NCBI GenBank assembly: GCA_043799545.1
Contig: JAZDNO010000006.1
Location: forward strand, 1-64,000
Reading direction: 5' to 3'
DNA: 64,000 bases
Origin: Methanobacteriota archaeon
GTDB taxonomy: Archaea; Thermoplasmatota; Thermoplasmata; SG8-5; DAIRED01
Below, piece by piece: positions 48,197-56,579 of the stretch (positions are counted from its first letter, which is position 1; every line of letters begins with the position of its first letter). The notes under the pieces were generated by a model. It ran no database searches. It was not told the DNA's origin and saw only the letters and a program-made list of their open reading frames with translations. Position numbers and translations under genes: made by a program.

Positions 48197-49048
48197 ATGA
48201 TTGGCGTAGCTAAATTGCTTGGAATTGAGGAGTTCGTAGAGAATATCAAAGTACACATGGCTACGGAGCCGGGGGATGCCTACAGGCCATTGAAAGAATA
48301 TGAAGCAGGGATAGAATCTTTCAAGAAATGGCAGGACTACCAAGGCAACGATATCTTCAAGAGGAAATATGTAGCTTCGTTCGTCCAATATCGTAAGAAC
48401 GTCTGGTTGTTTGTCGGGGTCTGGGAGATTAAGGGTTTCGTTAATAAACCACGCGATAAGGATGCAGGGGATTGGGCTAATCCGGGAGCCAAGATACGTT
48501 ATAATTCTTCCCTCACGAGTTACGGGAAGGATTTGGTCGGACGCTTGCTCATAGACTGGGTGCGCACCCAACGAGACCGAAATTCATACCGGAACGGTGA
48601 GAATTTTTTCCATCAATTAGGTGTGAAATACATCAAAGAGAAGAAGCATGAAACATCCGAATACCCAGGTCCCGATGATGTTCACCTTACGCACTCAGAA
48701 CTCACGACTATTGTCGATAAAGAGGTGGAGTCTTGGAAAGTTTCCTTGTCCTATCTAAAAGGAGTCTATTTAATAATGGACAATAAAACGGGCAAAGGTT
48801 ACGTTGGTAGCGCTACAGGCGAGGATTATCTCTGGCAGAGATGGTGTCAATATGCAAAAACGGGGCATGGTGGCAACAAGCTACTGGTGCGCCTTTTAAA
48901 AAAGGAGGGCGATGACTACGCTGACAACTTTACGTTTTCTCTATTACAGGTCTTCAACCCCTCTGTTGATGATAACGTTGTGATTGAGCGTGAAAGTTTC
49001 TGGAAGAGTGTTTTACTCACACGAGATTTCGGGTATAACGACAATTGA
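48197..49048 (+). CDS. GIY-YIG nuclease family protein, AT-richer insert
   Basis: GVYLIMD...KGYVGSA...LWQRW..Y...GHGGN, FSLL, ERE..WK..L. Confidence 0.85.
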   Translation: MIGVAKLLGIEEFVENIKVHMATEPGDAYRPLKEYEAGIESFKKWQDYQGNDIFKRKYVASFVQYRKNVWLFVGVWEIKGFVNKPRDKDAGDWANPGAKIRYNSSLTSYGKDLVGRLLIDWVRTQRDRNSYRNGENFFHQLGVKYIKEKKHETSEYPGPDDVHLTHSELTTIVDKEVESWKVSLSYLKGVYLIMDNKTGKGYVGSATGEDYLWQRWCQYAKTGHGGNKLLVRLLKKEGDDYADNFTFSLLQVFNPSVDDNVVIERESFWKSVLLTRDFGYNDN

Positions 49049-49227
49049 CACGAGGTTATTATAATCGAACAGCATAAAAGAAAGTATACGCTGGATTTTG
49101 TTATCATTACCTATTTATACAAGCTTGCCTTCGAAGGACTGCTCTTTTCGAAGAGCCGATGACTGATGAAGCGGCGGTCCTCCGGGTGTTTGTCCCGCGC
49201 GGGCCTGCCGTGGAACGAGGTGAAAAT

Positions 49228-49598
49228 ATGGCAAAGCCAATGTACGTAAGGTTCGAGCAGCCGAAGGAGATAACGGACAAGGTCTTCCAGCTAGCGGACG
49301 CGGTCCGCGAGAGCGGGAAGATGCGCAAGGGAACGAACGAAGTCACGAAACTCGTTGAGCGCGGCGACGCCCAGATGGTCATAATGGCCGAGGACGTCTC
49401 CCCGGAGGAGATACTGGCCCACATGCCGATACTCTGCGACGAGAAGAACGTGCCCTACGCCTACGTCGCCAGCAAGGCCGACCTGGGCAAGGCCGCCGGG
49501 ATGGAGAAGCCGACGGCGTCCGTTGCGATCATAGACATCGGCAAGGGAAAACCATGCTGGACGAGATCGTCGCCGCCGTCAAGGCGCTGAAGCAGTGA
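49228..49598 (+). CDS. rpl7ae: 50S ribosomal protein L7Ae, interrupted by a -1 frameshift at 49545-49551
   Basis: [33 protein letters not shown]; expected C-terminal helix [14 protein letters not shown] is in the -1 frame. Confidence 0.93.
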
Positions 49599-49611
49599 GG
49601 GGGCGCACCCG

Positions 49612-49821
49612 ATGGACGCGGACGGAATACCGGCTGAAGTGGTCGAGGTCGTGGGCAGGACCGGGATGACAGGCGAAGCGACGCAGGTCAAGATACGGGT
49701 TCTCGACGGCCGTGACAAGGGCCGAATAATAACCAGGAACGTCATGGGGCCTGTTCAGATAGGCGACGTGCTGGTGCTTAGGGAGACGGCGCGCGAGGCA
49801 CGGAAGCTCGGCGTGAGGTGA
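49612..49821 (+). CDS. rps28e: 30S ribosomal protein S28e
   Basis: [30 protein letters not shown]. Confidence 0.96.
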   Translation: MDADGIPAEVVEVVGRTGMTGEATQVKIRVLDGRDKGRIITRNVMGPVQIGDVLVLRETAREARKLGVR

Positions 49822-49826
49822 TTCAA

Positions 49827-50396
49827 ATGGTCGAGAGGAAGAACTGCTCGTTTTGCGGAGGGGAGATCGAGCCCGGGACTGGCTCGATGTTCATACGCAA
49901 GGACGGGGTGACTTACAACTTCTGCAAGAAGAAGTGCAGGAAGAACCAGATTATACTGGGCAGGATACCCCGAAGGACCCGCTGGACTAAGGCGTTCTGC
50001 GACCTGAAGGCTGCCGGTCTGAGCAAGGAAGCGATGGCCAAGAAGGATGAGGACGACGAAGCAGAAGCGGCGCCCGCCCCGGTCAAACCCAAGGCGTCGA
50101 AGAGGCCAGTCAAGGCCGAGGCTGAGGCGCAGGCCCCTGTGAAGGCGCCATCGCCCGCAGCGGAGCCGAAGAAGAAGACTGCCTACCAGGAGCTGAAGGA
50201 GCTGAGGCCCGAGGTGCCCCAGCAGAAGGCGCCGGAGGCCGCCGGACCGGCGCTGAAGCCAAAGCCGGCAGCATCCAAAGCCCCGGCACAACCCAAACCC
50301 GCAAAGCCGGCCGAGCCGAAGCCCGCCGCGGACAGGCCATCCGAGGCAAAGCCCAAGGCGCCGGCGAAGAAGCCCAAGGCCGAAGCCCCGAAGTAA
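49827..50396 (+). CDS. rpl24e: 50S ribosomal protein L24e with long Ala/Pro/Lys-rich C-terminal tail
   Basis: [20 protein letters not shown]...FCKKKC, PR..RWT. Confidence 0.93.
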   Translation: MVERKNCSFCGGEIEPGTGSMFIRKDGVTYNFCKKKCRKNQIILGRIPRRTRWTKAFCDLKAAGLSKEAMAKKDEDDEAEAAPAPVKPKASKRPVKAEAEAQAPVKAPSPAAEPKKKTAYQELKELRPEVPQQKAPEAAGPALKPKPAASKAPAQPKPAKPAEPKPAADRPSEAKPKAPAKKPKAEAPK

Positions 50397-50407
50397 TTGG
50401 ACGGAGC

Positions 50408-50860
50408 ATGACTCGCACATTCGCGATGGTCAAGCCCGACGGGGTCCAGCGCGGCCTTGTCGGCGAGGTCGTTGCAAGATTCGAAAGGCGCGGCCTGAAG
50501 ATTGCCGCGATGAAGATGATGCAGATATCGCGCGAGCTTGCCGAGCGCCACTACGGGGAACACAAAGGGAAGCCTTTCTACGAACCGCTTGTAGGGTTCA
50601 TAACCAGCGGACCGGTCGTCGCGATGGTGTTGGAAGGCGAGAACGCGGTCCAGGTCGTCAGGGACATGATGGGCAAGACCGACCCGCAGAAGTCCGCACC
50701 TGGCACGATACGGGCGGACTTCGGAATGGCTATGTCCAGGAACATCATCCACGGTTCCGATTCGGACGCGAGCGCGGAGAGGGAAATCGGGCTGTTCTTC
50801 AGGCCGGACGAGCTCATCGCGTATACGAGGATTGACGAGGCCTGGCTGTACGGGAAGTAA
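50408..50860 (+). CDS. ndk: Nucleoside diphosphate kinase
   Basis: [28 protein letters not shown]. Confidence 0.97.
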   Translation: MTRTFAMVKPDGVQRGLVGEVVARFERRGLKIAAMKMMQISRELAERHYGEHKGKPFYEPLVGFITSGPVVAMVLEGENAVQVVRDMMGKTDPQKSAPGTIRADFGMAMSRNIIHGSDSDASAEREIGLFFRPDELIAYTRIDEAWLYGK

Positions 50861-50881
50861 GTCATCTGAATTTAAAACCGT

Positions 50882-52024
50882 TCACACTATTCTGTTTACC
50901 TTTATCAGCGCTATCTCGCTCCTCGTCCCCAGCCTCATCGGCGGTCCCCAGGTGCCCGCGCCCGTCGATGTGTAGAGGTGCATCCCCCCACGCTTGTGCA
51001 GACCCCTGTATTCCTTTCCCCAGACGAGCCTGTTGATGCCCGTGAAGGGGAAGAACTGGCCTCCGTGTGTGTGGCCACAGAGCATCAGGTCCACCCCGGC
51101 TGCACGTGCATCCTCCATGCCGTCGGGCTGGTGGAACATCAGGATGACGTACTTCGAAGCGTCTAACGAAATCACGGCTAGTCGCTCCCTCAACTCCGCC
51201 GCGCCGCCGTAGTCCAAGCCGACGACCTGCACGCCGTCGATTGTGACAGCCTCGTTCCGCAATACCCGCACCTTGGTCTTGGCTAGCATCCCCACAACTT
51301 CCTCTATTCCCGCGTAGTACTCGTGGTTGCCAAGGCAGAAAAAGGTTGGCGCGTTCAGCCCGTCCAGCGCGGCGAACGGTTCCTCTTTCGGGTCCATCGG
51401 GCTGTCGGCCAGGTCGCCCGTTATCAGGACCAAATCCGGTTTCGCGTCGTTCGACATCCGGACGAGCTTGCCGAGGCTCTCGGGCCCGTGGGTCGCGCCG
51501 ACGTGTATGTCGCTCATGTGGATGATTCTGAGGTCGCGCTTGAGTTTCCCGGAGGTGATTTCAACCTTCCTCAGGACCACGAAATACGGGACGGCCAGGG
51601 AGACCATCAAGAGCCCGACCGTGCCGACTATGAACGCCGGCGCCGCGTAGGCTCGGTCGTAATCCACGAACCATCCTGATATGTCGAAAATCAACGATGC
51701 GAAGATGAAATAGATGAGGAATCCCAGCCAGGCGGACGCGACAAAGTAATAGCCCTTTGTGGCATGGCAGGACCTGGCGGACCTGAGGCCCATCGCTGCT
51801 ACGAACGAAAGGGATGACAATACCGTGAAAGCCAGGAAGAATAGTCCGTGCCTCAGCCCGAGCATCGCGAAGAGCCTGGTCAGAACGTAGAGATTGAAAA
51901 GGAAGAGCATGCCGAAGAAGAAGATGAAGAAGACCAGGAATCCGAATATCCTGCCTGGGCCCTGCCTGGCCCACGGCGGAGCGTGGGGGTTGTCCGAATC
52001 TTTCTGCGCTTTGTCTTCGCTCAA
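50882..52024 (-). CDS. Membrane-anchored metallophosphoesterase (YkuE-like)
   Basis: SDIHVG, TGD, GNHEYY, HQP, GHTHGGQ, GTWGPPMR; N-terminal TMs; TTG start 27 nt after TTTAAA. Confidence 0.88.
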   Translation of the reverse strand: MSEDKAQKDSDNPHAPPWARQGPGRIFGFLVFFIFFFGMLFLFNLYVLTRLFAMLGLRHGLFFLAFTVLSSLSFVAAMGLRSARSCHATKGYYFVASAWLGFLIYFIFASLIFDISGWFVDYDRAYAAPAFIVGTVGLLMVSLAVPYFVVLRKVEITSGKLKRDLRIIHMSDIHVGATHGPESLGKLVRMSNDAKPDLVLITGDLADSPMDPKEEPFAALDGLNAPTFFCLGNHEYYAGIEEVVGMLAKTKVRVLRNEAVTIDGVQVVGLDYGGAAELRERLAVISLDASKYVILMFHQPDGMEDARAAGVDLMLCGHTHGGQFFPFTGINRLVWGKEYRGLHKRGGMHLYTSTGAGTWGPPMRLGTRSEIALIKVNRIV

Positions 52025-52079
52025 GCGGGCGTTTGAGTGCGCGGGGCGATTTAAAGTTGATGCCGCCTTCGCGGGTTTT

Positions 52080-54071
52080 TCAGGCGAATCCCGTGTATGC
52101 GACAAAGACCGCACCGGCGAAGACGAGCCACGATGTGGCCAGCGACGTGCCAGCTCTCCATTTCAGCTCCACGTCGTCATCTCCGTGCATCAGTCTGGAA
52201 CAGAAATATGATATCGCAAGAACCATCAGCATCAGATAGGCGCCCACCACCCCTGCGAAGAGCCAGACGGGCATCATCTCCACCCCATCGCCAACGTCTG
52301 CGAACGTGCGCGAAAGCAGCGCGAACAGCCCGACGGTCACTCCCATTATCAGCGGCGCGAAGAGGGTCGCCGTATTGCGCATGTTCTCGGAAATGCCGGA
52401 AAGCTGGAGGCGTATCTCGTGGTCGGTCTTCTGCAAGTCGCGAAGATATCCAGAGAAGTCCATCATCATCTTGCCGGCCGTCCGGGGGTCCATCTCCGCG
52501 GACGCAACCACCGAGCGCAAAGTCGCGCGGATGGTCCTTGAACCGATTTGCCGGAGGGCTCCCAACTCCGGGTCGAAGAGCGCCCTCTCAGGCGAGAGGC
52601 CGGACGTTCCCATCGCTCCGCCGATGCCTATGAAAAGCTGGCCAATCTCCGAGCCTTTCATCCTTCCGCCCACGAAGGGGAACGCTGCCTCGAGCGGAAC
52701 CCCCTCCGCGACGCGCCTGCCGAGCTGGAAGAGCGCGTCCGGAAACTCTGCCTCCATGTCCATCATGCGTTTTCGCTCGGCGCGGGCGTGGGATGCGATG
52801 GACACGAGATGGTATCCCGCAGGAATCGATATCGCTCCGAGGGCCAGCAAAGCGGCCGCGAGCAGCTCGCCCTCCGAACCGCCGATGGCGATTGCAAGGG
52901 CAAGCATGGCCAACAGAACGGCAATGGATGCCGGTTTTACGATGCTTGCCTTGCCAGCGGTAACGCGCGCCGGCGATGAGGTGCCAGGCCTCCGTCCTAT
53001 CACATAATAGGCATAGGCGAAGGCGAGACCGGGGAAGGCTACATCCATCAACAAGACCGTGACGACCGCGGTGGCGCGCGGGTCGCCCCCTGTGGATAGG
53101 CCCTGTCCGAGGTTGGAGACGTCGAGCGTTCCGACGGCCATCATCGGAAGCATGGAACCCACGACCAGGGGGAGGAGGATGCCGAGCGCGAAAAGTATTG
53201 TTGAGGGGCCCGAAAGCCCGGCCGCGAACTCCTCGATTCTCCGGCGGGTGCCGGATAGCGCCGACTCCGTTGCCTTTCCGAGAACTCGCTCCCTGCCTTC
53301 CTTGCTCTTTTCCGAGACGGCACCCCTGATTGAATAGAGAGCCATCTTCAGCTCCTCGCCGTCGCCGGACCATTCGGCGGCAAAATCCATGAACGATTCA
53401 TCGACGCTGAGGCTCTGCCTGGTCTCCACGTTCCAAATGATCTTCCTGAGCGCGCTCGACAGCGGCTCCTCCCCGTTCTCGGCGGCGAACTTGACTGCCC
53501 TCTCGAGCGAGGGCACGAGGTTGAGCGACATCGCCATGTAGCACACTGTCTCGGGGCTTTTGCCAAGCGAACGGAGCCTGAGCCTTTTCGCCATGGACAG
53601 CGGATATTGCGCAACGACCATGTAGAGTCCGAGCGCTCCCAGCGCCCCGCATGAGAAGACTATTGGCAATTGCCCAACGACGTTCCAACCCATGGCGAAA
53701 AAGACGAGCCATGACGCAAGAACCCCTGCCGCGAACCCGGCGAGCCCCCCCAATACGGCCAAGGCGTCCGCTTCGTGGGGCTCGACGTCCAGACCAAGAA
53801 GCGCAGCGGCCCTGCGAAATCTATCTCTGTGGAGCCGTTCCCGCGCCCCCATCGTTGCGGTTTTCACCCTCTCGAGCCTCCTGGCGGCGTCCGCATATTC
53901 GCGGCTTGCCGGCCCCCGCAGCTCCTCCGCCCTTGCGACGGCCGAAGAGGCGTCCTGCTCCGCAAGCATGGACTCCCTGAGCCGGGCTTCCAGGTACGAG
54001 CGGCGCCTTTCCATAATGGCCTTGGACGGCCCGAGAATCGTTCCCGCGAAACGCGCGGCGGAAACGAACAA
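52080..54071 (-). CDS. TadC/FlaJ-like (T2SS F family) pilus platform membrane protein; start approximate
   Basis: Two TM clusters, LVPSLERAV.FA, EFPDALFQLG....G.PLE, LFAPLI.G; follows secretion ATPase. Confidence 0.75.
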   Translation of the reverse strand: MFVSAARFAGTILGPSKAIMERRRSYLEARLRESMLAEQDASSAVARAEELRGPASREYADAARRLERVKTATMGARERLHRDRFRRAAALLGLDVEPHEADALAVLGGLAGFAAGVLASWLVFFAMGWNVVGQLPIVFSCGALGALGLYMVVAQYPLSMAKRLRLRSLGKSPETVCYMAMSLNLVPSLERAVKFAAENGEEPLSSALRKIIWNVETRQSLSVDESFMDFAAEWSGDGEELKMALYSIRGAVSEKSKEGRERVLGKATESALSGTRRRIEEFAAGLSGPSTILFALGILLPLVVGSMLPMMAVGTLDVSNLGQGLSTGGDPRATAVVTVLLMDVAFPGLAFAYAYYVIGRRPGTSSPARVTAGKASIVKPASIAVLLAMLALAIAIGGSEGELLAAALLALGAISIPAGYHLVSIASHARAERKRMMDMEAEFPDALFQLGRRVAEGVPLEAAFPFVGGRMKGSEIGQLFIGIGGAMGTSGLSPERALFDPELGALRQIGSRTIRATLRSVVASAEMDPRTAGKMMMDFSGYLRDLQKTDHEIRLQLSGISENMRNTATLFAPLIMGVTVGLFALLSRTFADVGDGVEMMPVWLFAGVVGAYLMLMVLAISYFCSRLMHGDDDVELKWRAGTSLATSWLVFAGAVFVAYTGFA

Positions 54072-54084
54072 TCCGTCCGCCGCT

Positions 54085-55926
54085 TCAGAGCCCCGCGCCC
54101 GCGGTCCCTTCAAACCACTGCCTCCATTTGGAATAGACTGCGTCGTAATCCGGCGCGCCAGACATCTGACCCACGAGGTTCCAGAAATGCGTGTTCGACC
54201 TGGCATTCCATTGGGCCCCCGCAAACTCCGCCGAGCGGGACGAGGCAGCCACTAGCGAATGTTTCAGCTTCGCCCTGACCTCCATGTTTCCCAATAGCTC
54301 CGCGTAGGTCATCCCCCATCCAGTTGCTATGGCGGCCATCCTTTCCGAATCCCTCCTCAGGTGCTCCGTCTCGACGAGCGAATCGGCGGCATCGTCGTAT
54401 CGCATCAGCTCCCTGAAAGCCCCGTCGCCGCCTCCGGATTTTACAACCTCCGAGATTGATGTCACGCGCCTCACTTGGCGCTGCCCCCCTCCCGGCCGGA
54501 CGAGCCCGCACACCACGACGATGTCTGTGGCGTTGAATGATTTCGCAGGAATCCCGAGGTCGTAGACGATGCGCTCGTACACGGAAACCGGGGAATTGCC
54601 GTGGATTGTGCCGAGGACGGACGAGCCCGCGCTGCCAGAGCGCATCGCCTCGTAGAGGGTCTTGGCCTCGCGCCCCCTGACCTCGCCGAGAACTATGGCC
54701 GATTCGCCGAGCCTGAGGGAGACCCGGAGCGCGTCGTCGGCCGTCATCTCCTCAGTTCCACCGAGCGTCGACCTTACGAAAAGGCTCTGGACCTTGTATC
54801 CCAGGCGCTGCATCTGAGGTCCCGGGAGCTCTAGCGTGTCCTCGATGGTGAGGATTCGCTGCGTTCGCGGGAATTCGAGCATGAGCGCGCTGAGCAGCGA
54901 GGACTTGCCCGCCCCCCTGCTCCCGGCGATGAGTATAGTCGAGCGCCCATCCACCAGCAGCCAAAGCAGTCCCGCCGCTAGGGGCGTGAGGGAGTTTGCC
55001 CCGATGAGCCTCGGCAGGGTCCACGGCTCAGTCGAATGCCTCCGCAAGGCTATCGCCACGCCGTCAGGGCTCAGGGGCTTGCCGACGACGGTGACTCGCG
55101 TCTTGAATTGCTCCAGGTCCGTTTCCAGAACGGGCATGGCCTCGGAGAACGGCCTGCCGCTGGCCAGCCTCATCCGCGAGAGGACGTTCGTTGCTTCGTC
55201 CTCTGTCAACAGTATGTTGGTGGCGCATTTTCCCGAACCGACGTCGACGGGCATGGGGCCCAGAGCCACGTGAACTGGGATGGCGCCGGCCGGCGCGTCA
55301 ACGTAAACGTCCTGGATGTAGGGGTCTTCGAGCGGGATTTCCAAAACCCCCAGGCCCACCGTATATCGCGCGAGGACGTCGGCGAGCCTAGCAGACAGCG
55401 CGGCCACCTCCGCCAGGCTCGCACCAGCCACGCCGCCCTTTCGCATCAGAATCCTCATGAGGGCCGACTCTGCTAGGCTCCGTGCCCTCTCGCGCCCGAC
55501 TCCACCTGCCGCCTTGGACGCCGTTCCCGGGGGCCTCGCCGCCATCTCCAGCCTCGCCTCGTGAACGAGCCTGTTCTGGTACACGGGCATCCTGAACTCG
55601 TCCGGCGTGACGTGGTAGATGACCTCTCCGGTGTTTGCCACGCGATAAATCCCCACCGTCGCGCCTCCGGCCCGGTACTCAAGAAGCAACGCCCCCTCGG
55701 GCGGCTCGGGCAAGACCCAGGAAGACGAGAAAGACGGCCGCATGCGCCTGCCCTTCGACAGCAGCTTGGCCAGCCCCTTCTCCACCTTTGCGGCATCGAA
55801 GTTCCTGGCCGAGTCATCGACCGAAACGACGCTGCTCTCGCCCCTCGGCTGGATTGTGATGGGCGACCGGATTTGCGCCGCTCTGCCATCCTTTTTCTTT
55901 GGACGCAAGACGACTCCTCCGCTCAA
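54085..55926 (-). CDS. Type II/IV secretion (TadA/FlaI/VirB11) ATPase
   Basis: D.YIQDVYV, GSRGAGKSS, TIEDTLE, LRLG..AIVLGEVRG.EA, GTIHG; SD GGAGG before TTG. Confidence 0.9.
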   Translation of the reverse strand: MSGGVVLRPKKKDGRAAQIRSPITIQPRGESSVVSVDDSARNFDAAKVEKGLAKLLSKGRRMRPSFSSSWVLPEPPEGALLLEYRAGGATVGIYRVANTGEVIYHVTPDEFRMPVYQNRLVHEARLEMAARPPGTASKAAGGVGRERARSLAESALMRILMRKGGVAGASLAEVAALSARLADVLARYTVGLGVLEIPLEDPYIQDVYVDAPAGAIPVHVALGPMPVDVGSGKCATNILLTEDEATNVLSRMRLASGRPFSEAMPVLETDLEQFKTRVTVVGKPLSPDGVAIALRRHSTEPWTLPRLIGANSLTPLAAGLLWLLVDGRSTILIAGSRGAGKSSLLSALMLEFPRTQRILTIEDTLELPGPQMQRLGYKVQSLFVRSTLGGTEEMTADDALRVSLRLGESAIVLGEVRGREAKTLYEAMRSGSAGSSVLGTIHGNSPVSVYERIVYDLGIPAKSFNATDIVVVCGLVRPGGGQRQVRRVTSISEVVKSGGGDGAFRELMRYDDAADSLVETEHLRRDSERMAAIATGWGMTYAELLGNMEVRAKLKHSLVAASSRSAEFAGAQWNARSNTHFWNLVGQMSGAPDYDAVYSKWRQWFEGTAGAGL

Positions 55927-56486
55927 TCCGATCCCTCCACTATTCCGTAGGCTTCCCTCAGTATCTCCCGGCAGGATGCGCGGTATTCACTCCAAAGATA
56001 CGCCAGATCCTTCTCCGACGAGTTGTAGCACGATTGGCAGGACGGGGAGGGCGGCCCCCTCAACATGGCGGCGCTTGCCCTGCCGATTGCCACCTGCCCC
56101 GAACCCACCCCTCCCGAGAAGCCAGCGGAGCATTCCGCGAAGAGACGCGATGGATTGAGGCGGCATTCCGCGCAGGCTTTGGAATCCGAGGGCGCGGGTC
56201 GCCCGGCGAGCCTTCGGGCTGCCGTTCCGATGCGTCTCAGTCTCTCCATCGCCTCAAGTCCCGGACCGGCATATTCTGTTTCCAAATAGCCCGCCAGGAC
56301 AATGGAGTCAAGCGACGAAACGTCGGCTATCGCAGACGTGACCCCGCGCCAGCAAACGCGGGATGCCAGATCCGATTCGCGGGCGCAGCCCTTGCAATCG
56401 AATACTGCGCTCAATCCCCCGTGCGACTCTCTCATTTCGACTAGGCAAGACTCGTTTACTCCTTGCGGATGGCCCTTCTTCCCCAT
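55923..56486 (-). CDS. Cys-rich hypothetical protein coupled to the pilus ATPase
   Basis: CKGC..C, CAEC..C, CQSC; TTGA overlap with ATPase start. Confidence 0.65.
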   Translation of the reverse strand: MGKKGHPQGVNESCLVEMRESHGGLSAVFDCKGCARESDLASRVCWRGVTSAIADVSSLDSIVLAGYLETEYAGPGLEAMERLRRIGTAARRLAGRPAPSDSKACAECRLNPSRLFAECSAGFSGGVGSGQVAIGRASAAMLRGPPSPSCQSCYNSSEKDLAYLWSEYRASCREILREAYGIVEGSD

Positions 56487-56579
56487 GGCTCTCGACAGCC
56501 CCCCAATGCATTTTTGTTATAAATTCTTTAGCGCCAGGGAAAGGCATATATCGGGCAAGCCGTTAAGGGAATAGATAAG

